A DNA stretch of 63,934 nt, the filler included, from Octopus bimaculoides (taxonomy: Eukaryota): assembly GCF_001194135.2 (NCBI RefSeq). It is 7 parts of 7 records of this genome, joined end to end, with 100 filler letters (N's around TTAATTAATTAA, not from the genome) between each part and the next. Parts side by side here need not be neighbours in the genome. Positions count along the whole stretch, not along the records: positions 1 to 28,095 come from NC_068993.1; 6 more parts are not named here. One strand, 5' to 3'. The notes beneath the pieces were generated by a model that was given only the letters and a program-made list of their open reading frames with translations, was not told the DNA's origin and made no database searches. Below are positions 1-13,575 of the stretch, piece after piece. The translations under genes and the position numbers were made by a program. Each line of letters begins with the position of its first letter. Position 1 is the stretch's first letter.

Positions 1-446
1 ATATATATATATGTACACATACGTATACACTGGCATATATGCACAGCTACATACACGCATATATAACTACATTTATATCTATATCTGTGTATCTATCTAG
101 CTATCTATCTAGCTATCTATCTAGGTAGATAGATAGATAGATAGATAAACACAAAAGACACGCACACGTACACACACACAAACACACGCACAAATACATA
201 CTTAGAGGAGGCTGAGATTTTGGGAGAACAACAAATGCGCCGGGTAGGAGAGAGGGGAGTCGTAACTTGTTACGAAAGCCTGGTGGAGAGAGGGTTGCAG
301 ATGTGGTCTTAGGCAGTCTTAGCTATATTCATGAATAGCCGAGGAAGTAGAATGATTTTGTGGAGTGGACAGCTGGCCCAAAGGTGTTCGAATAGATCAA
401 TACAATGAAAAATTTAAGAAATATTTATATCTCTATAAATATTTGT

Positions 447-493
<47 letters not shown>

Positions 494-1145
494 NNNNNNN
501 NNNNNNNNNNNNNNNNNNNNNNNNNNNNNNNNNNNNNNNNNNNNNNNNNNNNNNNNNNNNNNNNNNNNNNNNNNNNNNNNNNNNNNNNNNNNNNNNNNNN
601 NNNNNNNNNNNNNNNNNNNNNNNNNNNNNNNNNNNNNNNNNNNNNNNNNNNNNNNNNNNNNNNNNNNNNNNNNNNNNNNNNNNNNNNNNNNNNNNNNNNN
701 NNNNNNNNNNNNNNNNNNNNNNNNNNNNNNNNNNNNNNNNNNNNNNNNNNNNNNNNNNNNNNNNNNNNNNNNNNNNNNATATATATATATATATATACAT
801 ATATATACTTTATTTAAAAGCAGCAGAAATATAATAAAAGACTGTAACTCTGAGTTTTACGTTCCCGTTCATCGGACAGTTTTGTTAGGAAAAAAAAAGT
901 GTGTATGAATGCATGTATGTATGTAAATGTCTGTGTTGTGAAATGTTTGTTAAATGGAGGGAAATACGTTGATATTCAGATGAATGTGTGAGTGTGTTTG
1001 TGTGTGTGTGTATATGTGTGTTTGTCTGTGTCTGTGTGCCCGCGCGTATATGTTCGTGCGTGTGTGTTTATGTGTATGTGATTTTATCTATCTATACACA
1101 CACACACACACACTGAAACACAGACACACGCTAACACACACTCAT

Positions 1146-1431
1146 TTATAATGACCGAATATCAGATTGTGATTTACACAACACGCTTATTTCCATAAAC
1201 AAACAATTACACAATTTCATACGTACGCCACCGTAACGATATGCGAAAAAAATTGTTGCGTGAGTAAATGCTTCAATATAAAACTTGTGTTTATAGAAAT
1301 ATCTTTGAGACGGACTTGACAACGGTCTAAGTTATCGGAAATGGAAGCCGCAGACAAAAACTGTTCCGACATTTTAATTATTGAGATTCCCAAGAAACTT
1401 TCTGCTACATCATTCGGTTACTTTATTATAA
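1146..1431. mobile_element. Possible degenerate MITE
   Basis: Left TTATAATGACCGAAT and right ATTCGGTTACTTTATTATAA form imperfect terminal inverted repeats around non-coding DNA. Confidence 0.3.
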
Positions 1432-2783
1432 GTCATAAGATTTTAATTCTGTTACTTGTCTATGTGTGTGTGTTTTACGTGTGCGAGTTACTGCCATTGT
1501 ATTTATAGAATATGTGTGTGTGATTTTATATGTTTGTATGTATGAGTGTGAGACAGTGTGTGTTTGTGTGTGTCTGTGTGTGCGTGTGTGTGTGTGTGTG
1601 TGAATGTGTGCATTTGTGAGTACGATTATATATATTGAGTATACGTGTATGTGTGTTTGTGTCTGTGTGTGAGTGTGTATATGTGTTTGTGCTAGTGTGT
1701 GTGTATGAGTGTGTATATGGGGGGTGAATATGTACGTGTGTGTGTGTGTGTTGTATGTGTCTTTCTGTGCGTGTTTTATCCAGTTTCATCGATATCAGGT
1801 TTATTTAAAATGATGCAGACGGCTGAATTAGATATGTTGATAGTTTTGCAAAATTTCAATGTCTGTTCCATCTCAGACCATTCTTTGGCTGTCCAAACCG
1901 GAGAACACCAGTAGCAAGTTGTATCTCATATCTTACTTTCAGAAGAAGACAATCACATCTTTGTGGATCGGCGATAAGAAAAAAGAAACATCGACCTTGG
2001 AAGCATTTCGACCGAAATATAAATAGACGTAAGTCAAAACCTCAAGAATTTTTCGCACAACTCTAGAATTAATGAACAATTTATTGAAATCATCATGGGT
2101 GGAAAACACTAAATTGTGCTGCGAAAACTTTAACACTAGTGATATACCACCAAAAGACAAAGCTTAAAATCACGCATGACTGTATTAAACCATGTGGACA
2201 CTCGAGGAAGCTACTGATGTCTAACGTGATTCACAGATTTGTTCATTGGAAGGGTTGGTAACCCCGACACTCATGTCAGCCATGACGGTTAACACTATTG
2301 CACGGGTGTGCTGTGTACTTGCAGCAGAGTTGTTCGCAATGCACAACACTACATAGCTCTCGAGAATGGAAGAATATTATTGGTGACAACCTGTAATTTA
2401 TAAAATCCTCTTTCCGACGTGATCTGTTTGTAATAATGGAGACCGTGCTCTAGGTAAAGCACAATGTTTTTCGTGATCACACAGATAGGAATCTTAACTG
2501 GTCATAAGCGAAACAAGAGGCTTAGGTAAGATTATGTAGGTTAGACGTTTACTGATCAACTTTGGGTGAAGACATTTAAGTTATTTACATAAGCCGTGTC
2601 TGCGATTAAGGCAACGATATGTACAGACGAAGCCTTGTAGACACAGCACCATACTTTATATATCTATCTATCTATATATATATATAGGAAAAGGTAGAGA
2701 AAATTTAATAAAGAGAACGAACAAGGACAAGACGTTGCTTTTCATTACGATGCGTTAGAAAGAACTGCACTGTCGCATATATT

Positions 2784-2794
2784 CGTGTGTGTGC

Positions 2795-2872
<78 letters not shown>
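2784..2872. repeat. Alternating purine-pyrimidine tract, (GC)8 core within (GT)n
   Basis: Read directly: (GC)8 at 2793-2808 flanked by GT repeats. Confidence 0.95.
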
Positions 2873-2874
<2 letters not shown>

Positions 2875-3053
2875 GCCGCTGTGCCTAGCTAGTGTTGTAA
2901 ATATTCAAGCCAAGTTTAAATTATCCTAATGTAACTTACCAAATTTGGTATAATAAATATATTTATCGACTTTGCGTTCTATATTAGGTATTGCTGTACT
3001 ATGTAAAACGTATGACGGATATACACTTTACAATTTTTACGTCATGGCAGATA

Positions 3054-3054
<1 letters not shown>

Positions 3055-3116
<62 letters not shown>
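3055..3116 (+). repeat. (GATA)n microsatellite; similar tracts near 20385-20440 and 25280-25380
   Basis: Read directly. Confidence 0.95.
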
Positions 3117-3117
<1 letters not shown>

Positions 3118-4084
3118 GAAAAGCAGAAGGTTGCCCAAGTGTCTTCTCACTCAATATTCACGTGCTATTATAAATTAGATGTATGTGAGTGCTTCGAGAT
3201 ATTCCAAGAAAGAATTATTTCTCGTTCTCTCGAAAATTTTAAAATTCTTATGACGTCAACAATATACATACATACATGTATATGTGTGAGTGCGTGTGTG
3301 TGTATGTGTGTTTGTACATACACGCATACATACATACATAGATACATACATACATACATATATACATACGTACATAAGCAAATACATTATAATTTTAATG
3401 TGCAGACAGCTGGATAGGTGGGTTCCTGGCTGGTTAGACGTTTTACCAGTTCTCTAGATCGATTAACAAAGTAAAAAAATTCAAGAAATAATGTCAAATA
3501 ATATTTTGAGATCGTGTGCAAACATATTGAACGATAGACATGTAAACAAAGAAAAGAGTTATTACACCTATCTTACAAACTAATATTATTTACATAGAAT
3601 CTCTCAGCTATAATCTTCCAATTAAATTAATGCCTCATGGGAGATCTTGTCTTCCCTGTATTAAGTAGATGGCAAATATGTTTTTGTCTAAGAAGAATCA
3701 TTTAAAATATGAGACATAGTAAATTTTGGGTAATGGTTAAATCATAAATTTGTAGTAAATATATTTGCTGACCGATTCTTATATTTTTTGGCGAATTTTG
3801 TTATTATGAGGTTAGGTGTAATTGTCTCCGTTTATAAGTCGAAATCCCATAATTTTCTCGCTGAGCTTATAAATTTCAGTGTTTAAAATCAAAATTTCAT
3901 GATCTGACCATCACTCACATCAGTTTGGAAAATATTTTATGTAATAAATAAGTCAAGTAAAAATGGCTTATAGTCTGAAATCTTACAGAGAGTAAATTGT
4001 AAGCGTTAAGCAAAACCAAATGTTTCAAATGTGTTTCGAGCTGAAACGAGGCTCAAACTTGCACGAAATAATAAAAAAGATATC

Positions 4085-4310
4085 ACTTTCCTTCTGTTGC
4101 CATATTTCTCTTTAAATATACTTCCTCTACTTCAATTAATTCTGAAAATTGTTGAGAATTTATTAAAATAACATTGTCATTATTATGTTAGTGTTTTGAA
4201 CATAAGTTTACATGAAATTTTTACTGGAAAATTTTATTGAGATCACGTTTAAGCAGAAAGAAAATATCATAGAATCAATGCAGACACGAGTGGATTGGTG
4301 TCATTAGACT
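4085..4310. mobile_element. Diverged copy of the TTAA-type MITE seen at 28204
   Basis: AATTTATTAAAATAACATTGTCATTATTATGTTAGTGTTTTGAACAT resembles the reverse complement of 28300-28355; termini eroded. Confidence 0.35.
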
Positions 4311-4879
4311 TAATTGATAGGCATAATATATTTTCTACTGTCATATATTATCTGCATTTCCTACTGAAATTGCGATTTTACATGTCTCATTGAAAAAGAA
4401 AATGATTACATGCGACGATTTTGCTTCTTGTTGAAATATACTGAGCAAAAAAGAACAAAAACCTCACCTGTTTGAGAGGTGACGTGTGCTGCCTATTGTA
4501 CAGAACTGCTGTATTTTCTTCGAGAACAAATGCACAAGGGTCTTCTACTCATGTTACGGACAATAGGTAATATAATTTATTATATAATAGTGTCTTCTTT
4601 ACCTAGCACATTAATCTATTAGACGACAAGTTTGCACAGTTTCATTGATGAAAAGGCGACTAAGGAGCCAAGGAACAGGGGTGAGTTGGGCAGCAATATA
4701 AATTTATACCTTTAGCAGATAGTAATATTCCCCTAAAGCAATATCAGAATATCGTAATAGTAATAACATGAGAAGCCTGGAAAATATTTTGGTCCAGGTT
4801 TACCAGGATCGTCCAGTCATTAACAAGAAAGTCAGTCCTTAAATTACGTAGCATCCATGATTCGGTTCTAAACTAGGTT

Positions 4880-5010
4880 GGTGTGGGTGTTCAGAGCAGA
4901 AATCCTGAGACTGGGATACCAAAGAGAAAATCAGAAAACTACGACAGCAGATCTCTGAAGGAGAAAGCTCAGGAATAGAAAAAGGATGATGCTGAGACTG
5001 ATAAAGAACC
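4880..5010 (+). pseudogene. Possible very decayed N-terminal remnant of an R4/Dong-like ORF
   Basis: Frameshifted peptides EKIRKLRQQIS and RRKLRNRKRMM recall the basic coiled region upstream of the RT in RLE elements; recall only, weak. Confidence 0.2.
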
Positions 5011-5681
5011 ACACATTTCTGTGTTGAGAGTTGCCAAGAATTAAATAAAGTCGTTTGATTTTCTTCGTCACTACGAATTGCATTAATGCAGGAATACTGT
5101 GGAATAAAACATTTCCTTCTTTCAATATAATGTCAGTTAATGGCTTCTAGCAATGTTTCCAGGTTTGCGTACAATTGATAACAGGGAAAGTAAAAGAAAA
5201 CAGCAGGCCATATTTCAAAACCATCTGCGTGGCTCTTCGACTGTGTATCGTTAAGTTGGTAGAATATGAAAGAAAGCCTCGAAACGTAATATATTATCAT
5301 CTGCAAGGAAATTACAGAATTCCTTACAGGAATATAGACAATTCTTTACAGCCACAGTTCACGCAAATCGAAGCCACTTTCCACCAGGCTTCAAGCAATT
5401 CATCGATGAGACTTGACAGCCAACACCTAACGGTTCCCTTACAAGGATAGAACTCCTATATATGACTGGAAAACAGTTCTACGAGGATGACACCTTAACA
5501 ATTAGGAAAGAAAAAACATTATAACGTTCTTCATTAAAGTGGTGAACATTGATATTTTGAAATGGTCTAGATAACAACGAAGATATTTCTTAATGAAAAT
5601 AAAACAAAAGATTCTTCAGATAGGAATCGAAATCGCGTTCTACGGTCCGCCAGCGTATTATGCATTATTTAAGATCACTTC

Positions 5682-5787
5682 TTAGAGATAATGTAACTTA
5701 GATAATGTAACTTAGATAATGTAACTTAGATAATGTAACTTAGATAATGTAACTTAGATAATGTAACTTAGAGATAATGTAACTTAG
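5682..5787 (+). repeat. 14-bp minisatellite GATAATGTAACTTA x7
   Basis: Seven near-perfect units counted; first and last carry an extra GA. Confidence 0.95.
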
Positions 5788-5898
5788 CAATACTGTGCTC
5801 ATATATGTATCTAGGCTTGAACTGTCTTTATTTCTTTCATTTTTTTGTCCTCTCTCTCTCCCTGTCTCTGTCTCTCTGTCTCTCTCTCTCTCTCTCTG

Positions 5899-5948
<50 letters not shown>

Positions 5949-6420
5949 CACACACACATACATATGTAAATATATACACATGCACATATATGTTTGTGTG
6001 TATACGTATACATATGAATATACTCACATGCGTATATATACATATATATATATTCACATATATGTGCGTGTGTGTGTGAGCGTCCGTGAGTGTGTGTCCG
6101 TGTGTGTGTGTGTGTGCGTGATTGGGTGAATATATATATATGATGGACATAGAAAGATACCGATATGTGAGTGTGCATGTTTACATTTGTTTACGTTGCG
6201 TCTTTAGGTCTTTATTTAATTTGTTTTTATGAGATCATCTATTTCAAAATATTTTATTCTATACTTAAGTTTATCGCACAGTTCATAAAAATACACACAC
6301 ACACATAGACAAACGTATATAAATATATAGAGATAGGTAGATGCATAAGGTTATAGATATCGTTAAAGATATGTGTGTATGTACATATGTATCTACGTAT
6401 ACAGTTTTATATGTCCCTAT

Positions 6421-6455
<35 letters not shown>

Positions 6456-7743
6456 NNNNNNNNNNNNNNNNNNNNNNNNNNNNNNNNNNNNNNNNNNNNN
6501 NNNNNNNNNNNNNNNNNNNNNNNNNNNNNNNNNNNNNNNNNNNNNNNNNNNNNNNNNNNNNNNNNNNNNNNNNNNNNNNNNNNNNNNNNNNNNNNNNNNN
6601 NNNNNNNNNNNNNNNNNNNNNNNNNNNNNNNNNNNNNNNNNNNNNNNNNNNNGTGCGTGTGTGTGTGTTGTGAGTATCCCTTTTTTAATTCGCTTCTTCA
6701 CAGGATATTCTGCTATATTTACGCACACTTCATTTTAAATTTCATCGTATATTGTTATTTCCAGCTATTTTTTTCTTATTTTAAAACATTTTTAAAATTA
6801 TTTTCTTTTTCTTCTGTCTTGTTATCGTAAGATTTTTTTAAAATTTTTTTTTTCCCCCGCAGCAAATTTTTTTCTAGTACATTCTTTATATTTTCTGCAA
6901 TATTTATTATGTGTAAGTTTGTTTTTTTTTTCCATTTTCATGGCAGTAAGAATGTTTTTAAACAACCTCCACCATCATAACTAAGAAAAAAATATATAAA
7001 ATATAAAAGCAACATAAAAACAACATCGAAATAAAAAAAAATGCAAACCGGAAGTAACATTACTCAATAACATAAACCATTAACAAGGATAAGAAGTTAG
7101 CGACATTAGGAAATAGAATTAGATGAAAGACTCCAAATTTAAATAGAAAAATCAGATGAAACGATATATACGTTGTGTATATGAAACGATAATAAAGCTT
7201 GTCTTAATGTATGTGAATTGAGATTAAACAACTGGAAAGTTGCTTGTATATAACATCAGAATGTTATATAAAAATAATACAAAATAGAAATACATATAAT
7301 ATCTACATATATATATATATATACACATATATATATATATATAAATGTATGTATGCATATGCGTTAAAAGATAAATCAATAAAAAACACAACAAATGATT
7401 ATTTTCTAAAGAAAAAATTGAGCTTATGAAAATCTAATAAAAACAGTAAAACGAAATAAAAACAAATTCGTTTTAGAAACAAAAAAAAATAATGAAAAAA
7501 ATAAATAAATGCTGTAAAATAAAATAAAGATGGAGGGAAATGCTATTATTGGTTGCTAAGAGCAACAAAGTACATGTTATATTCAATAGCCAAGTATAGA
7601 AAGAACTGTAAATGTCTTGTGTGGTAACAAAGGATATATTCATGGAAAGTACGATATATAGTACGGTTAACATAGTGTCTGTAACGTGTTCTTTATGTAT
7701 GCGTGTGAATATGTCTATGAGTACACACACACACGCACACACA

Positions 7744-7794
<51 letters not shown>

Positions 7795-8624
7795 NNNNNN
7801 NNNNNNNNNNNNNNNNNNNNNNNNNNNNNNNNNNNNNNNNNNNNNNNNNNNNNNNNNNNNNNNNNNNNNNNNNNNNNNNNNNNNNNNNNNNNNNNNNNNN
7901 NNNNNNNNNNNNNNNNNNNNNNNNNNNNNNNNNNNNNNNNNNNNNNNNNNNNNNNNNNNNNNNNNNNNNNNNNNNNNNNNNNNNNNNNNNNNNNNNNNNN
8001 NNNNNNNNNNNNNNNNNNNNNNNNNNNNNNNNNNNNNNNNNNNNNNNNNNNNNNNNNNNNNNNNNNNNNNNNNNNNNNNNNNNNNNNNNNNNNNNNNNNN
8101 NNNNNNNNNNNNNNNNNNNNNNNNNNNNNNNNNNNNNNNNNNNNNNNNNNNNNNNNNNNNNNNNNNNNNNNNNNNNNNNNNNNNNNNNNNNNNNNNNNNN
8201 NNNNNNNNNNNNNNNNNNNNNNNNNNNNNNNNNNNNNNNNNNNNNNNNNNNNNNNNNNNNNNNNNNNNNNNNNNNNNNNNNNNNNNNNNNNNNNNNNNNN
8301 NNNNNNNNNNNNNNNNNNNNNNNNNNNNNNNNNNNNNNNNNNNNNNNNNNNNNNNNNNNNNNNNNNNNNNNNNNNNNNNNNNNNNNNNNNNNNNNNNNNN
8401 NNNNNNNNNNNNNNNNNNNNNNNNNNNNNNNNNNNNNNNNNNNNNNNNNNNNNNNNNNNNNNNNNNNNNNNNNNNNNNNNNNNNNNNNNNNNNNNNNNNN
8501 NNNNNNNNNNNNNNNNNNNNNNNNNNNNNNNNNNNNNNNNNNNNNNNNNNNNNNNNNNNNNNNNNNNNNNNNNNNNNNNNNNNNNNNNNNNNNNNNNNNN
8601 NNNNNNNNNNNNNNNNNNNNNNNN

Positions 8625-8657
<33 letters not shown>

Positions 8658-9192
8658 TATACATACATACATATAAACTCATATATATACATATATGTGC
8701 ATACATACATATATACATACATATCTACATATATACATATGTACATAAATATATACATATATATAGACGTATATGTATTCCTGTCTAAGAATTCAAGAAC
8801 ATTCTCGTATATATGCAAATTATATATACTCATATGTATATAAGTATATATTCAAGTCTATGGAAGGCATTTGTAGAGACATGTCATAATTCTCTGGTAT
8901 GTATACATCGAGAATTTATGACAAATTAGTTCGCAGGAATGGTATGAGAAAATTTTCAACAAGCTCTTGATATAAACCAGACTACGATGCTGAAGACATG
9001 AGATTAATGGCAGATTTTATAATATTTCTTCATTTTCTCTTCTTTTATTTGAATTTAGTTTAGAAAATTTAGCAAAAGTTGTCCGCGCCTATGTGGTATG
9101 ATTCAATCATATTTGCAATAAATGTAATCTTCGAATGCGTTGTTAGGATGTATTGGATTTGTGTGTGTGTGTGTATGGATATGAATATACAT

Positions 9193-9237
<45 letters not shown>

Positions 9238-9284
9238 CAGATAGATAGATAGATTGATAGATATGTGTATGTATGTAGGCATAG

Positions 9285-9430
9285 ACATGGAGGGAAGATT
9301 ACGAACCTCGCTTTGCCACCAAGTGGTTTAAGGTTCAATTCTATAGCCTGGACCCTTGGGAAAGTGTTTTGTAATATATTCCCAGCTCAACTAATACCTG
9401 GTATGCAGAAACTGTGGAAGCTCTCGTATA
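9285..9430 (+). mobile_element. Decayed 5' half of SINE family B
   Basis: Box-B-like GGTTCAATTC, CCCTTGGGAAAGTGTT, then AGAAACTGTGGAAGCTCTCGTATA leading into a microsatellite, as in intact B copies. Confidence 0.55.
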
Positions 9431-10474
9431 CACAGATCCCATACAACCACACACACACACATATATATATTTATTTACACACACACTTGTGCGTGTGTGT
9501 ATGTGTGTATACATATATGTACATATATATCAGTGCGTCTGAGTGCGTGTATGTATTCACTGCGTTACTATCATATGTACATTCATGCATGTATGCATAG
9601 ATATATGTATGTATGTATTTGTGTGTATGTGTGTCAATACATTCCTACAAATAAAATGTGTAGGAATCTATAGATTGCAGTTGAATCAAGATGTCTTTCC
9701 GAGATCGTTTTGTGAGACTCACTCGTCACGCTGTTTAACAGTAATATTCATATTATCGAACGTGCCAACATTTTCGATCGAACAATACTACGGATTAAAC
9801 AAAACCCAGTGTATGAGAGAAGAATGCTGTGTACCTCGACATTCGTTAATATCAGACATGGAAGCAAACGACAAACGCACGACTGCAATTCATAGGACAA
9901 GTGAAAACATAGTACTCAGCAACTCGGGAATCTAGCAGTTTCGGTACCTTGAGGTAGAACAATTTTTTGTTAATGAAATCAAGAAGCTAGTGGATTTCAG
10001 TTTTCAAGCAACGCATAAAATGAAGAGGAAAGAGGATACAGGCAATGCATGTAGAGGTGCCTCAGAAACTAGAAAAGGCCCGTAACTGGCATGATAAAAA
10101 ATGATAAAAACTTAGCCCTCAAACATAGAAAACAATCAAAGCATGTAGCGTTATCACAGAAGCAAGGTGTGTAGAAAAGCAGGGTGAAGGGGAAAATGGA
10201 TGAAGTCCAGCAAATACGCTACATGAAACGACAAGACAGCATACACATGCTTTGATATAATTCAATAAAACAAGTTTCATTTGTATTTAACTAAAATGAT
10301 TTTTAAGGATATATAAGATAGACTCATACCACGTGCCTATATCCTGCAGTGGGTGATACCCAGCTCCTTCTAATGTAAGTTACATTAACATTTGAGCACA
10401 GGATATGCATGGATCTAATATATTACAGGATGGTTCTTGAAATAGGACATATTGTTATTTTTTCTAATCACCAT

Positions 10475-10686
10475 GTCGGTGAGCTGGTAGAGTGGATAGC
10501 ACGTCGGGAAAAATGCTTAGCGGCATTTCGTCCGTTTGTATGTTCTGAGTTCAAATTTCGCCGATGTCGACTTTACATTTTATCCTTTCGGTGTCGATAA
10601 AATAAGTACCACCTGATCATTTGAGTCAATGTAATCCACTTGGCTCCTCCTACGAAATTGCTGAATTTGAGCCAAATTTTTAAACC
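10475..10686 (+). mobile_element. tRNA-derived SINE family A (Meta-domain-like core)
   Basis: Box A GAGCTGGTAGAGTGG, box B GAGTTCAAATTTC, core GTCGACTTTACATTTTATCCTTTCGGTGTCGATAAAATAAGTACC; homologous to 43482-43681. Confidence 0.85.
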
Positions 10687-11013
10687 GATATTTTCCTCTT
10701 CGTGAACATAAGAGTCAGGCGTACATTTTAGTATTTCGTGTCAAAATATATGCATCTACAGAAATGTAGATGCAGTTATCGATTTTATCAAATAGCGATT
10801 TTTTGGTAATGAACATGTTAGGTTTTAATTGGTTTCAATAGTATTGGTGTCAAAACACCAAGGTGTGAAACTACGATTCTCTTATAGAGATGTAAATATT
10901 TTTCTTTTGTACATCTTAGATAATACAGGAACAGATAGGAATTTGATAAATCATTTTTCTTTCGTTAATCAATATGGAAATGTGGTCCAGTTATATATAT
11001 ATAAATATTTACA

Positions 11014-11075
<62 letters not shown>

Positions 11076-11476
11076 AATATTTTCATTTGGCAAAGATACG
11101 TACGGAGAAAATCACATATTTAATTGTAGAATTCACCTTACAAAGCCGTCATTTGTTTATCTTGTGATATATTTAGATAAAGAAGATATCATTGAAATAA
11201 AAATTTTCAGAAATTACATATAAACACATCGCTTTAAAGGTGATCCATAAGAAGATAAGTTGAAATTGAACTGCGGAAATATTTCCAGTACAAAAACGCC
11301 TACAAAAAGAACGGTAAGAAGAAATATAATCTAAGACAATATATGTATCTGTCTGTGTGTATGCGTGTGCATATGTATATGTGTATATGTATTATATGTA
11401 TGTACATCTATATATATATATATATATATACATACTTATATAGTACGAATGTAAATTCATATATTCATATATAGCT

Positions 11477-11700
11477 GCAGGCGTGGCTCTGTGGTAAGAA
11501 GTGTGTTTCCTAACCACAGGGTTACGAGTGCAGCTCCAATGCGTGGCACCTTGGTCAAGTATATTCCACTATCGATATAGAAACCGATAGAGAAAATAAC
11601 AGGCTTTAATATTACTGAAGGGGATTCATTCGACTAAAATTGCTCAAGACGATACCCCAGCTCGGCCTCTTTATTACTAAAACAAATAAAAGATAAATGA
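11477..11700 (+). mobile_element. SINE family B, internally deleted
   Basis: GCAGGCGTGGCTCTGTGGTAAG head, GCGTGGCACCTTGGTCAAGT, TCGACTAAA and AAACAAATAAAAGA tail shared with 48324-48808. Confidence 0.75.
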
Positions 11701-11726
11701 AAATAGATGTTATATATATAATATAT

Positions 11727-11769
<43 letters not shown>

Positions 11770-11955
11770 CATTTATATGATTATCTACATATGTATGTAT
11801 ATATGTATATACGTGTGTGTGTGTGTGTGTGTGTATAACTTTCTTTTCCTTCCCTCGCATGTATCATCACGTTAGAAAGTTAATCAGTATTCTAAAGACG
11901 CATTTCCAAAAAGAAACCGAGAAACCAGCAGCATACACATTTATCTTCCCTGTAT

Positions 11956-11990
<35 letters not shown>

Positions 11991-12962
11991 TTTCTCTTGA
12001 AAAGATTTACAACCGCTCAATACTGGTGGCTCCCCCTATATTTTCTGACAAATACTTCGAACAGACAAACAATGGGTTACTTTCGTATCGTACTGCCAGA
12101 GTTCTTCCGGACCTATGAATCTCATCAATCGAGTTATTGATTTCATCTGGACATTCTGAACGTTCCAACAGAACCAGAAGAAACTCTATTTCCGAACCCG
12201 CTAATCTCATTCTTTTCAACTTTTTTTTTTCTTCTACTGACGTTCTTCGCCACTTCCCCAGCCATAGACATGTACTGCTGTGTATGCATGGACGGCTCGA
12301 TGTTTAGACCAATATATTTACATTCCGTGTGTTTATCTTCATTTCCGATTTTTACCTTGATCGTTAGCTTTGGTTCACTTTATAACGACGTTCTCTTTAT
12401 TGTGTTTATCGTTTAAAGCAACGTAAACTGTATGGAATTAAAGGCAATGTGGTGGATGGTGGGGGATTTATAAACTATGCTCTAATTTGATGAGTGAAAT
12501 GGAACGGTTTCTTATTATATTATGAAATGATTTAAAGACTTGAGGTAACAAATAGACAAAATGTGTGGACTGAAGTAACAATAGTTAAATACAGACACAT
12601 CGAAAAATCTAGAGGTGGAAGTGGACAGCTATGCACTCACACATACATACGCACATATACATACACACACAAACACAAACACTTGGGCGCCGAACGTATA
12701 CACACATATATATATATATGCTTACACACACACATATATATATGCTTATATATATATATATATATATATATNNNNNNNNNNNNNNNNNNNNNNNNNNNNN
12801 NNNNNNNNNNNNNNNNNNNNNNNNNNNNNNNNNNNNNNNNNNNNNNNNNNNNNNNNNNNNNNNNNNNNNNNNNNNNNNNNNNNNNNNNNNNNNNNNNNNN
12901 NNNNNNNNNNNNNNNNNNNNNNNNNNNNNNNNNNNNNNNNNNNNNNNNNNNNNNNNNNNNNN

Positions 12963-13260
12963 TAGTCAATAGACTATATATTATTCATATAAATACAGTG
13001 TACATAGGGGTAATTTCGAAATTACCTCTAATAGTGGTTTGGATTTTAACTACTCCTTCTAGCGGGTTAGATGTCCTATTATGGCCATCTCTTATGTGTT
13101 TAAATGTACACTGTATTTATATGAATAATATATAGTCTATTGACTAGTTGTTTTTTTTCACGCTAGACCGCTGGTAGGAAAAAAATTCTAAATACTTTTT
13201 TGCTAGCCTGAAATTTATTAATAATGATTTTTTGGGCTAATTTTGGAAGAAAATCGGCAT
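12963..13260. mobile_element. Foldback/MITE-like element with long inverted arms
   Basis: Perfect 43-bp inverted repeat 12963-13005 / 13104-13146; homologous to 13380-13575 and 50491-50880. Confidence 0.7.
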
Positions 13261-13379
13261 TTTTTTTCTATTTGCTGCCGATAAAAAAACTGCGCTTGCG
13301 CGGTGGATTTTGAAAAATTATAACATGTAAGCACGAGGCAAGTTCTGTATTGCCTCGTATTGATATGTTAATCTTGGCT

Positions 13380-13575
13380 TTCCTGCTGATGATAGCTGCG
13401 CCTAGCAAATTATTTTATTTGCTGAAGATAACTTGAAACTATGGTACAGATTCTTATATTTCATTCCCTTTTGAAATTACCCTTAATAGTGGTTTGGATT
13501 TTAACTACTCCTTCTAGCGGGTTAAATGTCCTATTATGGCCATTTATTATGTGTTTAAATGTACACTATATGTAT
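13380..13575. mobile_element. Second partial copy of the foldback family
   Basis: Near-identical to 13015-13115 and colinear with 50604-50800. Confidence 0.7.

Noticed and set aside
1880-2640. GC-balanced stretches that look like decayed LINEs (also 9640-10250, 12000-12220, 54900-55380)
   Set aside because: No diagnostic motif recovered by manual translation; needs RepeatMasker or tblastx.
4622-4685. Possible small + strand exon (TTSLHSFIDEKATKEPRNR, GTGAGT donor)
   Set aside because: Weak acceptor, unrecognised peptide and no partner exons; expected by chance.
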